From contig KZ537955.1 of the NCBI GenBank assembly GCA_000934665.2, positions 171,807 to 191,806 of the forward strand: a stretch of DNA of 20,000 nt, in the 5' to 3' direction. This document shows, one piece after another, positions 9,480 through 20,000 of the stretch (position 1 is its first letter; each line of letters begins with the position of its first letter). Made by a program: the position numbers and the translations under genes. Under the pieces are notes generated by a model. The model was not told where the DNA came from, made no database searches, and was given only the letters and a program-made list of their open reading frames with translations. The stretch is from Catajapyx aquilonaris (Eukaryota).

Positions 9480-10990
9480 GGGCCACGGGGGGACTGTTTT
9501 CCCAGAACTCCCCATTTATTGGCATATTTGGAAATTCCCGAGCCTGTTTGCTCCGAAGGTTCGCATGTTGGGAATATTTTTTGGCCCTAAACTGTCATGG
9601 CGGTTATTTGGTGGCTACCGATGCCCATTATATTGTAAGGCGCAGCTTGCCGTGTGTCAGGCCCGTTGTCCCGTTGTGAAGAGGGACAGACGCAACTTCA
9701 TTCAGAGGGACACAATGGGCATCGAGGGACAGTGGTCTCCTTGCGTGGCCCCCCTTCATTTGGCCAATGTCGGCGGGGCGTCGCCTCATCTTCATTTGCG
9801 ATCGTGGGGGCCAGATAAGGACAAGGAATGTTTTCTTCTCACCGGGGACATTCTAAGCAAAAAGGGGGACACGACCGTCGTAAAAGAGGTCCTCCACTTC
9901 CCCCTTTGTTCCTTCCCGCTGCGAGGACGACTCGAGGTGGTAGCGGCGACACCCCCGAGTTTTGCCCAAGTCCAGCGGGGTCATCCCAGGGACCCCAACC
10001 AAACACAAATGATCGTAAATCAGGGGGTAGGTTGGGTGAGGGAAACAATACTCCTTTTACCTGACGCCGGCAAAAGGTGTACCGGGTGCATGCTGGGACA
10101 GCGATTTCCAGTTGGTATTCTACGTGGAGATTTATGGGGTTCGTGTGGGTTATTGTAAGGGGCCAGGGCTATTTTCGGGGAGAAATTGAGGGGAATCGGG
10201 TCCAAATTGTGTCGTGTGCATGCTAATGGACAACCGTCATGCCTTTTTGTCACGAACACTGCTCGTCTATAGGTTGGTCAGACCTCACGGGAGGGTCTGC
10301 TCCAAACGTGAACGAAAACGTGAAACCCTGCCTCAACGCAATGTCTCCCAGGGTGCTGGTGGGGAGGGGGAAAAAAATGGACAGTCTGCGACGATTTGGG
10401 AAGGAGATAGAAGATTTTTTGGAATGAGGTTTTTTTGGGGGGCGTGGGTCCGTCCTTTTCCAGATAAGGGTCCTGGGATGAACGAGCGGCGGAAGCGACA
10501 CGAGGCGGGAAGCCAGATGGCTATCAACCCCCAGGTAACTTTTGTACCAGACTACCGTGCAAAAGGGTGGGTCTTTTGTTTCTTTTCTTGGAGAGCTGCT
10601 CCTCTTTGGTAAGATCTCCAGGAAAACTAATGGGGGGTGCAGCCAGGTTGAGCAACCTTCAAAGCGCGACAGAAGCAGGTGTGACGGAAACATTTCGACA
10701 ATCCTGGGTGCTTTGGGTGTGGGAAAAAACATTTTTTTTGATCCAATATAACCAGGCTGAGCAACTAGTTTCTCAAACAAGCGATTTGTGAGTGTCCAGC
10801 TTTTTTTTGGCGGCCCCGCCTAAAAGATAGGAGGGTGTGAAGGGGTTCCACCCTTTTTCGGACTTAATCATTACAGGGAGCCTCATCTTCCCGAAAAACC
10901 CTGTGGGCAATTAGCGCACTCTTTTCAACATTCAGGGGATGTCTCCCACCAGACGTGCATACCGATCTCATTATATGTGTCACGTCCATA
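9480..10990 (+). mobile_element. Highly degenerate I-group LINE ORF2: end of RT plus RNase H
   Basis: KVRMLGIFFGPKLSW at 9556-9600 (~VRYLGxxFDxKLxW) and RGTQWA (~GTxWG). RNase H motifs follow in order: NTNDRKSGGRLGEG (~YTDGSK..GxG), ILRGDLWG (~VFxAELxA), VCMLMDNRHAF (~VIxxDSxxAL), AWVRPFPDKGPGMNER (~WVPxHxGIxGNExAD). Boundaries are approximate. Confidence 0.65.
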
Positions 10991-12669
10991 CACACACACA
11001 CTGGGGGCCATTAATCGGGGGGGCAATGCCAGGTTGTTGCCGCGGTTTCTTTGAGCTTCCGAAGAGATGGTGAGACAGCCTGCTATTGTCAGTCAACAGG
11101 ATGCGGAGCCTCCAGGAAAAAAATATTAAAGGTTTAATTGATGATTTAGTCCTTAAATTTGAGCACTATTCGGCGGATTACACCCCCTGCTATAAATCAG
11201 CCAGCAACGAGTTGTTAGTGCCAGAAACAACTCGTATAACCATCGAACTGTTATGCCGGCCGATAGTATCTGTTGGGTGATGTTTGCCCTGGTTGGAAAA
11301 AGGAGCACGATTACCATACAGGAATCTCTTTTCAATTCATCCTGATATACAGGGGAGGGCGACCCATCACCTCCCGTGTTTGCCCATCTATCGGCAGATA
11401 AGGAAACGTGCTTACAAGACGGGGAATGTGGGTCCAATGAAAAAAATATATATCATCCAACACGGTAGCACCGGTGTTGTCAATGGACAGTTAAAAATCT
11501 AGGTTGACCTCCGTACTGGCCAATTTCGACCTCGAAAGATGTTGCGACAAAAAGTACTGTTATCATTGCTTTGGGAAGGAAATGTTGCGGCATGCTCACC
11601 TTTAAATACTATATTTTTTTTTGTACGTTAGTTTTTATACGACGCCATGACACGCACTGGCCTTCGTAAATCATATTAAAGTGAATTCGGATGTTCGAGA
11701 TGATAGCGCACCTGGTTGGAAAAACGTGACTTCGGGAAGTCTGCGATAATAATGCGATATTCTTAAAAGTGTAGCACTTTAGCTGCAGCTTTACATTTTT
11801 GTGGCTCAGCATTGTGAATGCCTCTTGCTGCACATAAAATTCGAGTTAATTCTCCGCTTATTTTAAACGGCACCCCTTTTAAGTAAGTTTTTGTACCATT
11901 TTGATAATATCAATCAATTCGTTAGTTATTACATCTATTCCATTAAAATACTCGGATTGGACTGCCATCAAACAGAATCAATTTGGTGTATATTATAATC
12001 CAGCAAATGCTTCAGAAGTTGTCAAAAACTATATTATACTATCACCAGCTATATAGGACTATTTTCATTCATCCCTGAACATTATCCTACGGCGAAGGAA
12101 TTCTGTCCGGAGTGTACAACGCAGCAGTTAAAGGACGGTTCTAAAAAAATTATCGCGCAGATAGTTGGACTGTTCGGACGCATGTATTATTGTCTCGTGA
12201 AGGAGAAAATGCCCGCAGCAACAATTGCTGCTCGATAAGATTGACATTGCGCAGTGAAAATTATCGCCCTCCAACCCTCGTAAGTGGAGCACCAAGAATA
12301 ACATTATGTGACGCTGGAATTCGCACTTGATAACATGTAATCACTTCATTGATCGATACAACACGGGAATGACGCTAACTGCAACATATCTGCAAAAATA
12401 ATATTTGCGATAATTATGCATTTAGTGAAATGCAACTCGCCTTATTTTTTTATGGCAGGGGGTGCCATAAAGATCAGAGAGCCTTGAATGCCTGTACAAT
12501 AGGGCTCGAATTTTTCTTTGCCCGCATTGGGTCCACTGCCTGCTTTGCCTACTGATTAGGCAGGAGAGACAAGGTGCTTGGGTAAGGGTTGAGAGATAGA
12601 TCACTCTTTCGGCCTCAAGTGTGAAATATATCCGACCCCCTTTTTTCCTTACCCCCCCCCCCCCTCAAT

Positions 12670-13520
12670 CGGAGATCGAAAGGATCTTTGGCCACGCCTG
12701 GTTACGAGCAGCCACAAAAAAAGGGAAGCAAAAGTTGTGTGTGTGTGTGAGGAAAGAGAATCGATTGATGGTCACGCCTAATGAGATGGGCTTGTAGGTA
12801 CAAGAAGAACACAACAGGAACACCAAAGGAGCTTTGGGGTAGCCTATCACGATCCCAAGAGTGTTTTATCCCCCCTGTCACTCTCTAACCTTCCAACCCA
12901 TCCAGTTGTTGCGGACCCTGTACAGCACCAAAAATGCTCCGCCATATTGTTAAACTTCCCCCAAGGTGCTGGTTTCATTTTAAGAAGGCTGCCAATCTGA
13001 TTGGATGACATTCCACGCATGGTGGGTGGGTAGGGTGGACACACACCCACATAAAAAAAAGGTGTATAAGAAACGGGAGCCACGGTGGCCTTTCAGTTGT
13101 CAAAACAAACGAGGCGTGTGGCACGAAGCCTGCTGATGCTGAAGGAGAAGAGAAGAAGCAATGGGTAAAAACTGGGGCCCTCAGGGGGGGAGCTTGCAAG
13201 AGCATGTTGGTGGGCGGAAGAAATGACAGGTGTCCTTCCCAAGAAGCAAAACTTCTCTCAAGAAGTGGCTTCCCCGCACGTCTAGTTTCGCCAAGGCTGG
13301 CTGGCTCTAACAGCCAGCCCTCTAACAAAAAGATAAATGATTGCGAATCCAGCGGCCCACCGCCGAATTCAATTACTGTAATCCTTTCCGGAGATTGTCA
13401 TGTTCGAGACGGAGACGGAGAGAAAATTATATGTGTCAGTAGGAGAAAATGGTGGAGAGGGGGGGAGGGGGGCACTTTGATTTTTCAATTAGGTGGGCGT
13501 GTTTGCACTTTAAAAGCGAC
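12670..13520 (+). mobile_element. Highly degenerate retroviral-type (Gypsy/Ginger-like) integrase relic
   Basis: EERESIDGHA**DGLVGTRRT (~HHCC H..GHxGxxRT), ILLNFPQGAGF (~IxSDQGxEF), HPH..GV*ETGATV with a frameshift (~HPQxNGxxERxNxT), WHEAC (~WDxxL), and SLKKWLP / CHVRDGDGEKI (~GPY/F region). Confidence 0.5.
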
Positions 13521-14074
13521 GTGAGAAAAAAAAAGTTTGAGAGAGAGAGAAAAAAAAATAGACAGAGCGTCCTGGGTCCCCATCAACATTCCAGGCGCGT
13601 CTTGCTCTGTCCCGATTCCAATCTGACTATAAACTAATCCTCTTGGGGATTTTGGGGGTCTTCCCTGAAAAGGACCTGCGTGGACAGTTCAAGTCACGGC
13701 TCCCCTCCTCCTGGTTGGTGCCACTTGCCACTTGGGATGCCAACTGGTTTTGTTGGGAGAGTTGGGGGGATTACCGCTGACAGTAAAACACAATTGAAGA
13801 GCTCCTTTCCAGGGCTCGTGTGTAGGCTCAAGTAGCGTTTATGGGGAGAGATGTCCGACCATTAACTCGACAATCCCCTTGCGAAAGAGCCAGCTTGCGA
13901 CCATTATGTGTCAGAACACATTATTTGGACAAGCGCAGGATTAGTCGAGCACAATGGTGACCAAATGGCCCGAATTTCAATCAGCGACACTAACATTGAA
14001 ATTGAGTGATTCAGTGCGAATAAATTGTGTGTATTTCTCGAGCTCGTTCGTGTCTTGCTATTTCTTGCATAGTC

Positions 14075-14162
14075 AGTAGCACCTTATTAACTCGGGAACC
14101 AGTTCAACTGACAGGCATTTTGAAAGCAGCTGCAGCATGGCGGCACTTCCTTACCCCAGAAG
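14075..14162 (+). other. Candidate alternative first exon encoding MAALPYPR(R/S)
   Basis: TCAGT Inr-like motif at 14073-14077, ATG at 14137 in GCAGCATGG context, and donor AAG|GTAACT at 14163. DPE-like AGTTC is one base off canonical spacing. The flanks do not look TE-derived. Confidence 0.3.
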
Positions 14163-15009
14163 GTAACTCACGAACTAGAGAGATTGACACCCGAGACAAT
14201 TACATCACGTCAGCTAACAAACAACAACAACAGAGTACGGACGTAAACGGGTCGGGTAAAAACGGAGGTACTCACTTGTCAGCCAATCAGGTTGGAAACA
14301 AGCGTTTTGCGGCTGTCTGTCTGTCAAGGCCCCCACAGTACACACAATAACGCCTGCAGTTTGTCAGCGCAAGGTTACACTCGTTTTCTTCCCAGCTTAT
14401 TTTACAGCATGTTGCAGTGTTTCGCTGCTACTTTTTTTTTGAATCGCAGTAAGCTTTAAGTAACTCATTTTTAACGATCTGTTTCCAGCAGCTTCCGCCT
14501 GCCAGTGCATGCCTGGCAGGTGTGAGTACACACACTCATTCACACACATCATCGTTGGCAAGGGGGAGGTGTTAACTCTGCCCCCCTGAAGCAAGTACTG
14601 AGGCAGGGGAGGGCAGGAGTCTGGAGTTACGGGGTCAATCTCCCAAAGGCGCCACTTGGGCTTTGCGAGATCCTCGCACGCAGAGAGAGTACACTTGGGC
14701 TTCGCAGGCGTCTGTATATATATGTGTGTAATAAGATAGGCGCAAGTCTGGCTTGGTAATTGACTTTCCAGATCGATTATGATTCGGCGAAAGGACTGTC
14801 CCCGGGGCTAATTCCCTGACACTTGGGACGTGTAATATATATAAAAAAAAGTGTAGCGATAATCGGAGCTGATTTGTGAAGCGCGTGCTGAGGTGGTGTA
14901 TTATTATTTAATCGTGTAATGGGAATTAATTTTCAGGCGGCGCTTTATTGGAGGCCCCAAGCCTCGTGATTAGGACGGCGCCAAAAGCGAAGGCGGAACT
15001 TGGCCAATC

Positions 15010-15560
15010 ACTTTGTTAACCCCTCCCTACTAAACGGAGGTTAAGAAGAAAGAAAAAAATTACTTCCATCACCCCCAACGAGAGTGATCCGGATAGATAA
15101 CGCGGTATTGTTTCGGTGTGGGAAGGAAGAGAGGCTATCAATCGTGAAGCAGTCCGCTGTAAATATGTCTGTAGATAGGACAATACAAAAAAAAGTAGGT
15201 CAGAGTAATGAGTGTTTTTTGAAGCACGACTTGTTGCAACCTGAGCCTGATATAGTGACCCGCAGCTTCCATAGGGGGCGATGTCTTCATCCATTTGGGC
15301 ATAACTTTGGCTCCAGTCGGCTCGTTACTCCGGAGCGAAATCATCAACTGAATCTTCCTGTTTGGTCTACGAAACGCTGACTCCCCAAAGAAATGAGGAC
15401 ATTGGCTTCACCCTTGAACTTGTTCGAATGGGGGGTGGGGCTTTGCAAGCACCAGCAGGCTGCTTCATACATAGATGTGTGATGTCATGTCTGCATTACC
15501 AGAGTTCAAATACCGAGCGGGGGTGTAAAACAAGCAGGCGGGTCAGTAATCAGCAAAAGT
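15010..15560 (+). mobile_element. Degenerate RTE-clade LINE RT C-terminal fragment
   Basis: IRIDNAVL...VDRTIQKKVGQSNECF...PDIVTRS...NFGS resembles IxIDxxxL...IDxEIxxRIxKAxxAF...I...LLYGxE. It is followed by LVRMGGGALQ (~HVxRMxxxRLP). Confidence 0.55.
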
Positions 15561-15759
15561 TACACCCGGGCTACCCATAAGTTCTGGACCATTTAAGTGC
15601 AAATAGGTTTTCCCCTGCACCTGCATATACCGGGTGTAATTCACACATAATGGGCACGTACAACCGACTCTGCATTTCGGTGGCAACCCCCTCATTAAAA
15701 GAAATAGGAAGTATCCTGCCAGTTAGATGACCCATCCGCCACACATGAAAGTGGGATCA

Positions 15760-17950
15760 TCTAACCAGCAGGATAGTCCACTCTGCTTCCATTGTCCTCT
15801 GAAAGAATCTTCTCAGGAAAATGGGTGGGTGTCGAGGTGGAATCCAATTTGTCAGAAGGTCCCCGTGTGCCCCTGTGAGCTGCTCCTTGGTCCTCCTCCC
15901 CCCAAAAAACGAGAACGGTGGCTCATCAAGACGATCCCTATCGGACTGTATGGGTGGGCCCTTCCTTTTTTCCTTCTGCGACGACACCGCCTTGTCAGGT
16001 CCTGGCATCGAGTTGGGGGTGTCGCAGGGGGTGCCGACATATTCTTACCTGCCACGAAATATTGCACCGAAATATTCAATGCTGATTTTTTTTTTCTGCG
16101 TACCACATTCATGGACTAATTTCTTAGGAGGAAAATAACGTTTTGGGTGGTCAGATTCTCTACCGGAAAGCTGTTAATTATCACCTCCACAAAAATTTCA
16201 CAAATTTTGAGTATCGGTTGTCCACCATTTCTACTACCCAAAGGCTATTCGGTCTGATTCTACAGCCCACTTTTTTTTAAGGAGGAAAAAAATGGCTGGG
16301 TGGCCAGAAATGTATCCGTGGGCTGCCCAGTAGGTGGTCATCGCCCGCGGTTTCCCTGGGCGAGATTTACTGCAAAGAAAAACCTCCTCTGGTGCAATGG
16401 GAGGTATCAAAGCATGTCCAGTTGTAAGATATACACTCACAATAATGTGCACGCGTGGTTCGGTTTCTTCAAACCTCAAAAGCGGGTTTATTCTCAATGC
16501 CAACTACAGCAGCTGCCAGCTTCCAGTTTTTCTCTTCCGCATGACCATGGCCTCTCCTTACGATTTTTGCCTCCCAAATTTTTATTCATTTCTTTTTCTC
16601 CCGGGCTTGTTTACTGGCTGGGGAAGGTCATGGCTGTTGCGTTTTTCTGAAAGAAAAACCTACCTGTAAAGAACCCCGTGAAGTATGGTTTCTTACTTTA
16701 AAAAAATTACCCTAATGCGATCCGGTAGGTGGAAAATTGATGGGCTTTTTTAGGTAACTGGAGGTATAATTCTTCTTTTTAAAAAATGTTACCTATAATT
16801 TGGAAACCGCGAAGAAACTACCGGGGCTACAATTTGGACTCAGCAGGTATATTTTTCTTAACCATTTTTTTTTTTGTTTTTTTTTTGGAAGCGAGGGGGC
16901 CGTGCTGCTGCCTTTGGGTGAAACATTTTTGAAATGCGAGTGACCACCCCTGGGGAATAGTTGCCCGCTATCTATTTTATAACTCGGCGGGAGGGGCCTT
17001 TGACCCGGTACAAAAGCCTAAAAACTGAAGGAGGGCCCCCAGACAAAAAGGTGAAATGAAGTCCAAAAGTCCGGGGAGAGAGACCCTGACAGAAGAAATG
17101 GTTCAATTAGGGGAACGGACTTGATGGCTGACGTCAATTACAGGGATTTATTGGCGAGGCGGCCAGCAGGTGTGGTGGGGTTAAAACTTAAGCTCCCAGG
17201 AGGAATCCCAGAAGGTGAAATTCCATCCATGCATCATGGTGGCTTCTTTTCCATTAGTGTGCTCGGCATGAAATGGGACATCACTAGGGATATACCGATA
17301 AATTTTGGGGGCCCGTTCGTTATTAAGCCCTGCTGTGAAATTCCATTTTTTTAAACACAAAAGTTGTGCACACTTGTCACGTTTGGTTCAAGTAGCGCCA
17401 AATGAAGTTAATCGGTTAAACCTTCAATTGCATATTAAAAGACTGGCAATGGCAGCGTGGGTGTGACGGTGCAATCACCCTGTAGCCCAGCACTTGGCAG
17501 TGTAAAAAAAAGGCAAATCAGGTCAGAAGGGCATGGGTTTTGAGCACTCGGAAAACACTTATTTTGTCCCCATCCGCGAGAGGTAATGCTAGCCTGCAAG
17601 TGTTGTTTGCTCACGTAAGCCGTCATTAAGTGGCGCGCTCGTTGGCCAGGATTCGTTTTTGGCCCCCGGGGCAGCTTTTTTCTTTTCTTCATTAACCGGA
17701 CCCTTTTTGCCAAAATGAAGCCCGAGGAGAGAAACTGGTTTTCGGGGGGATATTTCTCTTTGGGCCCCCCTTTTGCGGCCTTCCTGTCGCAGCTTCGTCT
17801 CAGCTCGGTGAGATATCTTCCGTCGGATTGTTTGAAGGGTAATTGGCGGTGTGGGGCTCAAAAACAACTGATTCGGCCGTGCCCCATCCTTAATCAGATT
17901 CAGGAATCGAGTCTGCTAAAGCAATTTTTTGAGGGGGGGGCTGGTTGTTC
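15760..17950 (-). mobile_element. Highly degenerate Ty3/Gypsy pol (RT thumb - RNase H - integrase - GPY/F)
   Basis: Minus-strand motifs appear in Gypsy order: TRFLNLIKDGARPN (~FLGHxIxxDGxxPD), PTPPITLQTIRR (~PxPxxxxxLRxFLG), LQASITSRGWG (~LxTDASxxGxG), LPVF*YAIEGLTD*L (~LAIVxAxEKFxxYL), FHAEHTNGKE (~FxIxHxxGKxN), SHDLPQPV (~HGLP), GHGHAEEKNWKL (~GNGxAERxNxTL), VSVYLTTGH..APEEV (~YNxTxH..SP), SSQKEKRKGPP (~KLxxKWxGPY). No LTR pair seen. Confidence 0.65.
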
Positions 17951-18469
17951 GATCCAGCGCCATTTTACACACTTTTTTTTTTGTCTGTGTGCTTTTAAAT
18001 TCACCGGCCGTTTAATAGTCGGACCGTGTTTTGCAGCGATCCAGTGTAATTGTGATATAATTCCAGTGTGTAAATATATACCTTCTGGTGTAATTCCAGG
18101 TACTATGCACTCTCAGGCATGTCCGGTTCCAATCAATTTTAAGAACATGTTCTCACCCTGTATGCGAAAAAACACACTAAATTCTTGTACATATTTGCTT
18201 TCGTCATGATGAAAACTGTAGCGTACATATAATTATAGTTGAACAGTATTTTAGTGCATTGCGATGAATATTACAGATTGTATTGCCTTTCGTCATAATG
18301 ACACCTGTAATGTAGGCCTATTACATATTGGCACGTTAAGTTAATAAATTTTTCGAACCGGCCTGAAATGTGCCATTTAGTGATACATCATTGGTGTCAT
18401 GGCTCTTTGCAAAATTCCGCGTGTTTTTGAACTCGCAAAACATTTTGTTTACATTTTCTCGGCCCCCTA

Positions 18470-18670
18470 GAGTGAGAGATCGTATTTCCAGGGAGTAATT
18501 ACGAGCCTTTTGTTAGCTGGATCGGCGCCAGCTCCAAGCCGACTGAATCGTGTTCCCCTAATGTTGTTTATGACCGGTCTACAGTACCTGCCACATTGTG
18601 ACACCATCGAGTAAAAATGTGCGGAAAAGGTTACCATCCCGAATATTATCGTCACCTGACTCAATCCAAA
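18470..18670 (-). mobile_element. Degenerate I-group LINE fragment (post-RT region)
   Basis: IIFGMVTFSAHFYSMVSQC...NNIRGTRF...GADPANKRL resembles xFDxxLTFxxHIxxVxxxC...LxGTxWGADxxxLRxLY. Confidence 0.45.
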
Positions 18671-19021
18671 CGTCCTCGAGAGTTTTTTCCATTCACGAAA
18701 CTTTATTCGATGCGCCGATTCAATAGGTGTGTGTACGCACTTTTTTCCCCTTCAACTATACTAAAGGATTGTACTGGAGGGTAGGGCACTATATGAATCT
18801 ATTTTTAGAATGGATGCTGAGAAGGAGAATGAACAAACTGACGTAGGTGTTAAGGTCTACTGATAATTCGCGCGGTCTCTGATGGCGCCTGGAATTCCTA
18901 ACAGCTGCTTCCTTCTTGCCCTCTCTATTCTCTCATAGAGTTAGTAGCTTCTCATTTTGCACTCGAGCTTATCTGTCAATAGACCCCAAAATGCGTGCGA
19001 TGGCCAAGGCGGTGTCAACCC

Positions 19022-19166
19022 TGACGTCACTATGACGCTGAGAGGCTATTGCAAATTTTTTTTCTCCCTCTCTTCCCTTCGCTCGTGCCACACGCGGTCA
19101 GTTAGTCGTGGTCGGTTCATATGGAAGGGTCGGAGAAAAAGGTTGAATGCTGGGCGTCCGGTAAGT
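19022..19166 (+). promoter_or_regulatory. Candidate downstream alternative promoter with short first exon 19100-19160
   Basis: Full CRE TGACGTCA at 19022-19029 plus an adjacent TGACG half-site, then a CT-rich tract. Inr TCAGTT at 19098-19103, DPE-like GGTCG at +29 (one base off), and consensus donor CCG|GTAAGT at 19161. Confidence 0.5.
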
Positions 19167-20000
19167 TTCATCTCTCAATTGCACCATTAAAGGTATCAAA
19201 CCTCGAGTTTGACCTTCTTGTTAATTAGTCGCTAACGATGGACAGTGGTGCAACGGACCTTCATTATAATCGAGCTGGCACTCTTGCGGTAATGAGGCCA
19301 ACGATTATAAGTTCAACTTAAATATTGACGTGCTTTTCGAAAAAAAAAATATTTTTTGCCAATTGCTAACCGGGGAAATGGATGTTGGCGCCAATGGTGT
19401 GGAAATGCAGAAGTGTTATAGTTGAGGATTTGATGAATGGAGGTCAGTGTGACGGGCATTTTTTTTGATGACGTTGCCGTTTCCGGTCGGCCGCGAATTC
19501 GAGGCGTCGCGACACCTCGCAATATCTAAGGAATTGGCGCCTAAGTTTTGCCAATAAAGTATCCGGAGCAGGAAAGACGGCGGCGCCTTTTTCCGCATCA
19601 TCGGTCCTTTTTTATACGGCCTTAAACTTGTTGCATAAGTACCGGGGTTTCGAGGTTTGCAAGCCGCATTTTTGGACAGTGAGTGCTGTGAGTGAGATGT
19701 GTTGGGATCCAGAGAGGTAATGCAAGGCAGGGCTCAAAATATTTTAATTAGTACGAATTTTTCAAGCTAAAATCATCCTGTATGCGCTCTTTTAAATAAT
19801 TCCTGAAATTAATTTCGAATTCTCGCAGTTGTTTGAACATAATGATTTATTGCGAGGCGATATTAAATTCTGAGTTATGCATGCGATTATTTTTGATTCC
19901 CGCCCTGGCATACATCATTGATTTGACCTTGCAGCAAGCCAGTAGGTGTGTGTGTGTGTGTGTATTTTTTTCGCGTAATCGGCTATAGGGGGGGGGGGGG

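Noticed and set aside
8892..10158. Long ORFs (141-374 aa) in all six frames
   Set aside because: They are inflated by translation through the N gap. The real part overlaps a decayed LINE.
14160..14246. Internal/terminal exon KVTHELERLTPETITSRQLTNNNNRVRT* after acceptor at 14158-14159
   Set aside because: The same bases read equally well as a donor (AAG|GTAACT). The product would be a short domainless peptide with no supporting evidence.
14974..15011. E2F-like GGCGCCAAA plus CCAAT box as a cell-cycle promoter
   Set aside because: It abuts or lies within the RTE relic, and no Inr or exon follows. Likely chance.
17129..17136. Third full CRE palindrome
   Set aside because: It lies inside the Gypsy relic with no promoter context.
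17715..18209. 164-aa plus-strand ORF
   Set aside because: It is partly antisense to the Gypsy relic, has F/K/G/P-biased composition and no domain.
19440..19620. CpG-rich short palindromes (e.g. CGAGGCGTCGCGACACCTCG, 19500-19519) as structured RNA or tRNA-derived SINE
   Set aside because: No A/B boxes or cloverleaf, and the stems are too short to distinguish from a MITE remnant or chance.

Overview
Eukaryotic, intron-rich DNA from a scaffolded assembly, with one 238-N gap at 9136-9373 flanked by poly-C. The animal is most likely an arthropod, inferred from an Inr+DPE core promoter. There are no prokaryotic genes, RNA genes or CRISPR arrays, and almost all ORFs in the supplied track are spurious. 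The window appears to hold the 5' end of an unidentified + strand gene: a promoter near 2060, a non-coding exon at 2060-2214, an exon at 2905-3194, and candidate alternative first exons near 14075-14162 and 19100-19160. The ~16 kb between these is filled with extremely decayed transposon relics, all recognised by eye from motif order and spacing. They comprise a Penelope-like element, several LINE fragments (I-group with RNase H, RTE-like, R1/LOA-like 3' ends), a minus-strand Ty3/Gypsy pol, a second retroviral-type integrase and MITE-like pieces. The most notable signal is how the relics decayed: colinear with few frameshifts, catalytic residues erased, and skewed toward homopolymer runs. This could be a real mutational process or an assembly artefact. 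A tight cluster of three AP-1/CNC-Maf-type sites and a perfect 38-bp inverted repeat also stand out. I cannot support a claim of a novel gene system here.
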